Shown here: piece after piece, positions 56,460 through 64,000 of the stretch
Layout of the letters: each line of letters opens with the position of its first letter
Position numbering within the stretch: position 1 is the first letter of the stretch
NCBI GenBank assembly: GCA_051294375.1
Contig: CM119270.1
Coordinates: 12,213,676-12,277,675, forward strand
DNA from: Paraspadella gotoi
Taxonomy: Eukaryota; Animalia; Chaetognatha
Reading direction: 5' to 3'
Length of the DNA: 64,000 bases
The notes under the pieces: generated by a model
Told to the model about the DNA's origin: nothing
Databases searched by the model: none
Seen by the model: only the letters and a program-made list of their open reading frames with translations
Translations under genes and position numbers: made by a program

Positions 56460-57187
56460 CCTTCGAAGCAATCTGCTTGGGTTGAACAGAACCCGTGTGT
56501 TGATTCTCGTTGCAATTTCAAATTGGTTTTCAGCCTCTCAGTCTCAGATTTCTGGCATATCTGTTTGGATAATAAACCAATTCTCTCATGAAATTGTTAA
56601 GAATAATCAACAAATTGCATCATTGTCAACCTTCCCCAGTCACTCCATCTCTCTACGGCCACGTCGTTTCGAATCGCCGATCCTACATCAATCGCTCGGC
56701 GGCGTCGCCGTCACCGTCGATGCCATCCGGCGTTAAACGTCTCCGGCGATGGAACCGCGCCATCCCTCGTCATCCGGCATTAAACGGCGTCGGCCGGAAA
56801 ATTCGTTCTCATTTCTCGGTCATTCGATAAATCACTGCGACGCGGGAAACTACTTCGCCGGCGGGGGACACGTTGGCGTCGTTGTCAGCCTCATAGTCGT
56901 CGTCGTCGTCGTCGTCGTTGTTACCTTTTTCTTTTAGTTTAAATCTATTTTCCTTTCGTCGTCTTTGTCATTTGCTTATCACTTTTGGAAACATTCAATT
57001 TGCTGATTACTGTTGAGCAAACACGAAACGACAAAGGCTCGATATTTACATTACACTTTAATTTAATCACATTTCATATTAAACAATCTCCCTAACATAT
57101 GACGTTTTTTCCTCTACATCAGGCCTAAAAAATTGGTTTTTCATCGTTACTTTCGCCGATAAGAAAATGGCGATGATGAGCCTCATT

Positions 57188-57224
57188 GTCGTTATGAAAA
57201 CAACAACATCGTCGTTATGGCAAC
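57188..57224. promoter_or_regulatory. Tandem pair of X-box-like motifs
   Basis: GTCGTT-AT-GAAAAC (57188-57201) and GTCGTT-AT-GGCAAC (57211-57224). The latter reads GTTGCC-AT-AACGAC on the minus strand, a full consensus match. Confidence 0.5.
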
Positions 57225-58161
57225 GATAAGCAGCTCAACCGATTAGTTTGCGATATTTTAAGCTCAATCTGACACATTTTCTTCGTCCTTTTTTTTCGTC
57301 GGTTTCAGAAATCACTTATTCATACTTAACTTCGTTCACAGTTCGTTTTCATGCTTCCTTCAGAGAGTCTGAACTCAGAAGTGATTCGGGCGCGACGTAG
57401 CCTCAGGGCCATCCGCCTCGCCACACCCACTAACACGCTAACAGCAACGCCACCATCATTTATTTACCGCAACCGCCACTCCAGCGCCGTCTAACGTTTC
57501 GAGATTGAGACTCAGTCATAATCGTAAAACAAATGTCCGCCCATAAAATGAAGATCCGTTTTTATTCCCGGTCTTAAGAGAGAACATCCAGAAAAAATGA
57601 GAGGGAAAGAAGGAAGAGAAAAGAAGAGATGAGAGGAGAAGAAAGAAAGAGAAAAAAATTAGTTCAAAACGGTAAGAAGCCCGCAAGACGTAGCGAAGAC
57701 CCGCGCCTACTAAACAGGTTGCCGACAACGCCAAACACGACCGCCAGTCAACTGATTATACAAAGAAAGTTAAAACCGTCACAAATTGCCCGAAAATCAT
57801 ATTGGTTGTACCAATTTCATTATCTCATTTTATGATTATAAATTTAGTTTATTTCAAAAAAAATGCCTGGACCTTAATGAAGTTTAATTCATTCATTCCA
57901 CTTCATTTATGACTCCATTCATCCGTTTCTTCATTTTCCTCCTCGTCGTTTAAAACTTGAACCAAACCCCGCGGATTACGACGTAACGGGTTACGAGTTA
58001 CGACGGAACAGGAAACTTTACGACTGGGACATGGCAACATTGACAACGACGATGAAGTCGACGACGACAATGACGAGGAACACTATGAGTGTGGGTACAA
58101 GTTACAACGATGGTGGTTGCGTTGACGTTTCGTATTTTTAGTGTTCTTTGTTTACTGTTTA

Positions 58162-58163
<2 letters not shown>

Positions 58164-58211
<48 letters not shown>

Positions 58212-58225
58212 TCTCTCTCTCTCTC

Positions 58226-58267
<42 letters not shown>

Positions 58268-58409
58268 CTCTCTCTCTCTTCTATCCTGTCTCTCTTTCTT
58301 CTCTCTCGCTCTCTCTCTCTCTCTGGTTTTTGGTTTGATTCTAGGATGTAAAGATCAACGAAGCCGAAATGCATTAATCTCTTCATACACAGGACAGTCG
58401 CTCTTGAAG

Positions 58410-58485
<76 letters not shown>

Positions 58486-58571
58486 AGAAGAGTGGTAGGA
58501 GAGTCTATTGGCCCAGCTCATACAGTTCAAGCGGTTCTATTGTGAAAAGAGAGATTGAAACGGACCCATTG

Positions 58572-58650
<79 letters not shown>

Positions 58651-58655
58651 GAGGG
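58164..58655. repeat. Compound (CT)n and (GA)n microsatellite cluster
   Basis: (CT)n at ~58164-58324; (GA)n at ~58413-58482 and ~58576-58647. Confidence 0.93.
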
Positions 58656-59340
58656 AGACAATTTCATTTCCGGAAGTGGACAATCGAACCACGAGAGGGA
58701 ATTAAAAACGCGGAGGCAAGGGGGGGGGGGGCGAAGGGAAGAGAGAAAAGGTGAAAAGAGTGGATGTAGTAGAAAAGGAAAGGACGACACTCGGTGATTT
58801 AAAAGAGATTGAATGCACTCTCGATATCACGTAATATTTATTTTTTAATGAGCATTTTGATTTTACACTCGAATTTTATAATTAAGTTAATGAGAAACTA
58901 AATAACTAAAAAACACAAACAAATCAAGAAACTATATGACGTCTCATGAGCACCGAACACTGAACAAAAAACTTTAAAAACTTTTAAAAACCCCAACGCG
59001 CAGCCAAACCCCCCAAATCGACTACACCCCTTTTTTTGCTCCCCCTCCCTCCCCCCTCCTTCTTTCCATTCCACCTCCGAGGCTCATAACCGCTCGGAGG
59101 TCAACGGCCGCCACCTACACAGCCTCGTTTCTGCCGAAACGAGCCACCGGCTCCCGACGGAACGGAACGGACCCTGGCGGACTGACCCACGGAGAGAGTC
59201 CATAACCTCGCGCCGCTCGGACGCCCACCGACCCATCGAGGGACCCGACTAGCGGCGCCGCGACCGCCGCTGACCGCCGCCCTTCTTATTAACGAAGCGC
59301 GAGATAAGCATCGACGGTTTGCGAGTCGCCTTTCGAATAA

Positions 59341-59341
<1 letters not shown>

Positions 59342-59391
<50 letters not shown>
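59342..59391. repeat. (GAC)n trinucleotide repeat; complementary (GTC)n run at 59923-59958
   Basis: Read directly; GAC/GTC runs recur throughout the window. Confidence 0.95.
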
Positions 59392-59920
59392 TGAAGGAAG
59401 AGGACGAAGCGTTTGGATTTTAGAGAGACGATGATTTGGAGGAAAGGGTTCGATTGAAACAGAGATATATTTTGCTTTAATTTATCTTAAATATGATTAC
59501 AACGATTATTCCCCACTTGGATGAATATATAAATTATTACAAAATATTGATATTGAATTTAATTCGATGACTCTTTGGAAGGTCCCAGGAGCTAGGACTT
59601 TGGAAACGATTGTGTCTGAGATGCGGCTTCGAATTTGACAATATTAGCGAAACCAGAGACGAGCGAAGTCATAAAAAATTTAAGAACACCTTGTTTGAGA
59701 TTTTCTGTAATTTTAATACTTTTTTTAGGATTTCATTAATCAAAAATTCCAACGGTAACAATGCGTTAACTCTTTTATGAAATTTCTGTCTAAAATCAAC
59801 TTCCCTATCTTTCTGCCAGACGACCTAACCATTGAGCCATTGAAGGGCGCGTTTGTATCGCGGACGCAAAGTTGGGCTGCAGAATGACGAATGCTGCCCC
59901 AAAGGATTCGGAGGTCAACG

Positions 59921-59958
<38 letters not shown>

Positions 59959-60417
59959 CCTTCGCAGAGCAGAGATGGATTTAGATAATAAATTCTTCTC
60001 TTTTTCTGTTTCCCTTCTGCGTTTTCGTCCCTGTTTCTGTATTGAATTATAATTCATGTCAAATTATAGTTCAAGTCTTAGTTTTGTTTTCAGTCACTAT
60101 GCCTCTCTCGCTGATTTTGTCATTGTTTGATGATTAAGTTTTTTCCTACAACTTACTAATTGGTATTTTCTCTCAGCTATTAACTCTGGTGTCGTTTCTG
60201 TCTTTCTCGCATCTCCTTCCCGAGTCACCACCAACATTCCTTATCCCTCTTTCTGTCTTCTTCTATTTCTTATTTCCATTTCTGTCTTCCTTCCTTCTCA
60301 TACTTCTTTCCTTAATCCCTTCTTTATTCCGTTTTTTTTCCGCTGCGTCGAATCAGCTCCGCATTTTCGTTCGAGATGTCAAGAATTCACAAACTTATTT
60401 ATAAAAAGATACATATT

Positions 60418-61050
60418 NNNNNNNNNNNNNNNNNNNNNNNNNNNNNNNNNNNNNNNNNNNNNNNNNNNNNNNNNNNNNNNNNNNNNNNNNNNNNNNNNNN
60501 NNNNNNNNNNNNNNNNNNNNNNNNNNNNNNNNNNNNNNNNNNNNNNNNNNNNNNNNNNNNNNNNNNNNNNNNNNNNNNNNNNNNNNNNNNNNNNNNNNNN
60601 NNNNNNNNNNNNNNNNNNNNNNNNNNNNNNNNNNNNNNNNNNNNNNNNNNNNNNNNNNNNNNNNNNNNNNNNNNNNNNNNNNNNNNNNNNNNNNNNNNNN
60701 NNNNNNNNNNNNNNNNNNNNNNNNNNNNNNNNNNNNNNNNNNNNNNNNNNNNNNNNNNNNNNNNNNNNNNNNNNNNNNNNNNNNNNNNNNNNNNNNNNNN
60801 NNNNNNNNNNNNNNNNNNNNNNNNNNNNNNNNNNNNNNNNNNNNNNNNNNNNNNNNNNNNNNNNNNNNNNNNNNNNNNNNNNNNNNNNNNNNNNNNNNNN
60901 NNNNNNNNNNNNNNNNNNNNNNNNNNNNNNNNNNNNNNNNNNNNNNNNNNNNNNNNNNNNNNNNNNNNNNNNNNNNNNNNNNNNNNNNNNNNNNNNNNNN
61001 NNNNNNNNNNNNNNNNNNNNNNNNNNNNNNNNNNNNNNNNNNNNNNNNNN
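60418..61050. other. Assembly gap (633 N)
   Basis: Counted from the sequence. Confidence 0.97.
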
Positions 61051-61289
61051 AGAGAGAGAGAGAGAGAGAGCTTCTAAATATTCCAAATATTTTTCCCTAA
61101 AACTCTAGAGGCAAAAGTTCCCTTTTTATCTCTCCACTTGCCTTCGTCTCTCTAAATTCTCACTCGCCCCTTTTTAACGAAAAAAAAGGGAAGAGAGAGA
61201 AATATTTAAAGATTTTCCGCTTAGCTTAAGCAGGCGCAAGCGAACCCGTTATTCCAGAAGAGAGATAAGGCTCTCTTCCCCCCCCTCTT

Positions 61290-61420
61290 CAATTCCGCCG
61301 CCGCCGCTGCCGACGCATCATGCCTCCGAGGCAGCCGCCCCAGCAGCCGCGTCGACGGTGCTAGAGCGGCGAGGCGGTAGCGTGGCGGCTGCGGCGCGGC
61401 GGCAGATGGCGGGCCAGGGA
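61290..61420. other. Very GC-rich island with GCC/GCG/CAG triplets
   Basis: Abrupt GC-rich block flanked by GA repeats; no sustained ORF; function unknown. Confidence 0.4.
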
Positions 61421-61636
61421 TGATTCAGAGATTTACCCCGAGATTCGAATCTTCGCGGTTTTTTAACGCCGGTCCAAACGGGAGGAGGAAGAGGAAGAAG
61501 AGGAGGAGAAAGAGGAAGAGGAGCCAGAGCGGGACAACGTGCAACGGAAGTATTATTATGGCGAATGTAAATTCTGCGGCGAGGATGTGGAAAGAAAAGG
61601 ATTTAAAGTGAAAAATGAGAGAGAGAGAGAGAGATG

Positions 61637-61691
<55 letters not shown>

Positions 61692-61700
61692 AGAGGAGAA

Positions 61701-61740
<40 letters not shown>

Positions 61741-64000
61741 GGAGAGAGAGAGGAAGACGAAGATGAGAGAGAGAAGAGAGAGAGGAGAGAAAGAAGATAG
61801 TTAGAGAATTAAAGAAAAAACTCTATATTGTTTGTTAAAGTAAACTCTAATATATTGTCTTAAAATCGCCGAATTGATTTATTCCAAGCTTGTTAAGGCT
61901 TCCTGTCCATCACAGCTCACATTATAACTTTATCGTGTTTCTTAACATACCACAATTTAACCTCATTCTAGAGCTGAGGTTAAACGTCCAAAAGCAGACA
62001 GATCCTTACAAAATGTAATTAAAAGAATTAAAGAGTCAAGTAATCCTTTATTCCTTTGTGTTTATCAACATTCTCTTGACGCTTAGATACAACTGTTTTA
62101 TGCAAGTCAAAATTGTTCCCATTGTTGTAATCTTACTTCTCTCTTCTCCTCTTCTTTGCACTCTCTCGCTGTCTCACAATTTTCCCTCTTCTCCCTCTCC
62201 CTGCTGTCGACCTCCAATTTTCTGGCGGATATCTTGCGCTCTGCTACAAAATCTGGCGCAACGTGATAAGGCGACGGACTACGACGACGACGACGAAGGA
62301 GAGATAGAAGACGAAGAAGAAAAACGAAGGTCGCCTCGAAATGCCAACCCAAAATGGAATCAATGAAGCTCTTCATCATTTTCCTCTTCTTCATCATCAA
62401 TCTTCATTTGAATTAAATGTGTTTTTCTACTTAGCTATTATACTTTATTTTTTTGTCACGTGTCTATATTCTGCGAGATGAGATGAGAAGAGAGAGAGAG
62501 AGAGAGATACTAGAGACGAGACTTGACGAGAGATAGAGAGAGAGAGGAGAGACGATCGAGGAAAGAGACAGAGAGAGAGAGAGCGGAAGGCAGATATCTC
62601 GCGCGAAGAAAATGGCAGACAGTGAGTGAACCCTGGAATATTTTTTCGCAGAGAAATTTTTTGATAGTGGCAGGAATCAAGCAAATAAGGAAATGAATGG
62701 AGAGTCTGAAGGCGGAAAGGGAAGTGAGAGGACCAAAAGTGGACGAGGACAGAGACAAAGGGAAAAAAAACGGGCATGTCAGATGAATTGTAAATATATA
62801 TGAAAATACATATGAAAGATAGTATGAAAGACTCGACCAAATAGAATGTAAAAAACAATTGAACAAGAGCGTTAAAACAAGACTAGGCGGAATTTCAAAT
62901 AGAACAGAGGAGTTGTTATAAAACATTCTTTAGAAACGGATACGAAGGAGGGAACAATTCAAAGGTGGCGTAGAGAGGTGAGAGTGAAGAGGAGAACGAG
63001 GAGGAAGACGCAAATTCCAGGTTTCCGACTCGCGGTTCTTGTGTTTGCGCCACTGGTTTTTCATTTGAAGGAGAGGAAGTGGGGAGGAAAAGGGGGGAAT
63101 ATTGGGTGGATAGAGATGGGAGCATGGTGGGCAAGAAGAGGATTAGAAGATGAAGTGGTAGAGGAAAAGTGGGGAATGAAAAGACGGAAAGAGAAGGGGA
63201 AGAGGAAAAGGAGAATTCGAGGGAGGGAGAAAATTGAAAAGTACAAGTGTTGGGTGTAATGAGTTTTTACCAGTTAGTAATTAGTGTTAGCTTAAGTTAT
63301 TTACGTTTTTAAATTGAGAGCCAATGGATTGGAAAACTGCGGCTGACGGTTAATTAGTTTCGGACCTCGTGGAAAAAAAAAGTAATAATAAAAATTTTGA
63401 AAAAAACTGCAAATAAATTACAAATATGGTGTTAAAATTTGAAAAAGAATTAAATGCATAGAAATACTATCAGAATGATGAGTTACAACAAGAAAGAAAT
63501 TAACGAGTAGATTAAAAAATCAATATTAAATATATGTAAACGTTTTTAGTCATGTTTTCCAAGGTTTATTCGACCGCAAAGAATTCTGTTCCAACCTGCC
63601 ATCTCTGAGTTCCATCGCTAAAACAAATAATAAAAACTTTTTTTTCTTCTTCTAATCTTTAAAAAAGTTAAAAAACCAACAAAACATAAACGAGAGTCGG
63701 GAGGAAATTATTGAGAATCCATTAAAACAAAAAAGTCGGTGGCGAGGGGGACGTGAGTCTGGTTGTCAGGGATCGAGGCAGAGTGAAAGTGATGGGGGAA
63801 AGACCGGTGAATATGATGGCGGATGGAGGAAAGTGATGGAGAGAAAAGTTCTTTGGAGGAAGATGGAACGACTCGAAGGACTGGGTGGGAACGAGAAAGA
63901 GTGAAAAAGGAAGAGAGGTTTGGGAAGAAAAGAGAGGAGGTTGGGGAAAGCGGAGAAGATTAGAAAGAGGAAAAGTGGGAGTAGAGGGCGACAACGAGAG

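Noticed and set aside
60376-61086. ORFs of 233-235 aa (also those at 29434, 30482, 33031 and 38345)
   Set aside because: They run through N gaps; their length is an artefact.

Overview
Eukaryotic (animal, probably arthropod/crustacean-like; inference from composition only) AT-rich genomic DNA dense in (GA/TC)n and (GAC/GTC)n microsatellites, from an error-prone gap-filled draft assembly. I recognise no protein domain, RNA gene family or CRISPR array, and most listed ORFs are RE/SL repeats read through microsatellites. About half of the window is redundant. 10.7-29.4 kb recurs at 29.4-48.1 kb, 2.3-5.0 kb recurs at 6.6-8.8 kb, and there are two inverted copies (1-943 at 5122-5992; 20.4-23.1 kb at 38.5-41.3 kb). 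The copies differ mostly by scattered 1-bp indels, and three junctions are gaps of exactly 25 N, so these are most likely assembly artefacts or second haplotypes. Comparing the copies reveals a ~1.93 kb insertion with degenerate terminal inverted repeats (27357-29290) that is absent from the other copy. The unique part (48-64 kb) contains a dense cluster of RFX X-box-like motifs (53.7-54.1 kb, 57.2 kb), a hairpin-rich GC block (49.67-49.90 kb), a 57-bp minisatellite and several exon-like, low-complexity minus-strand segments of an unidentified gene (low confidence).
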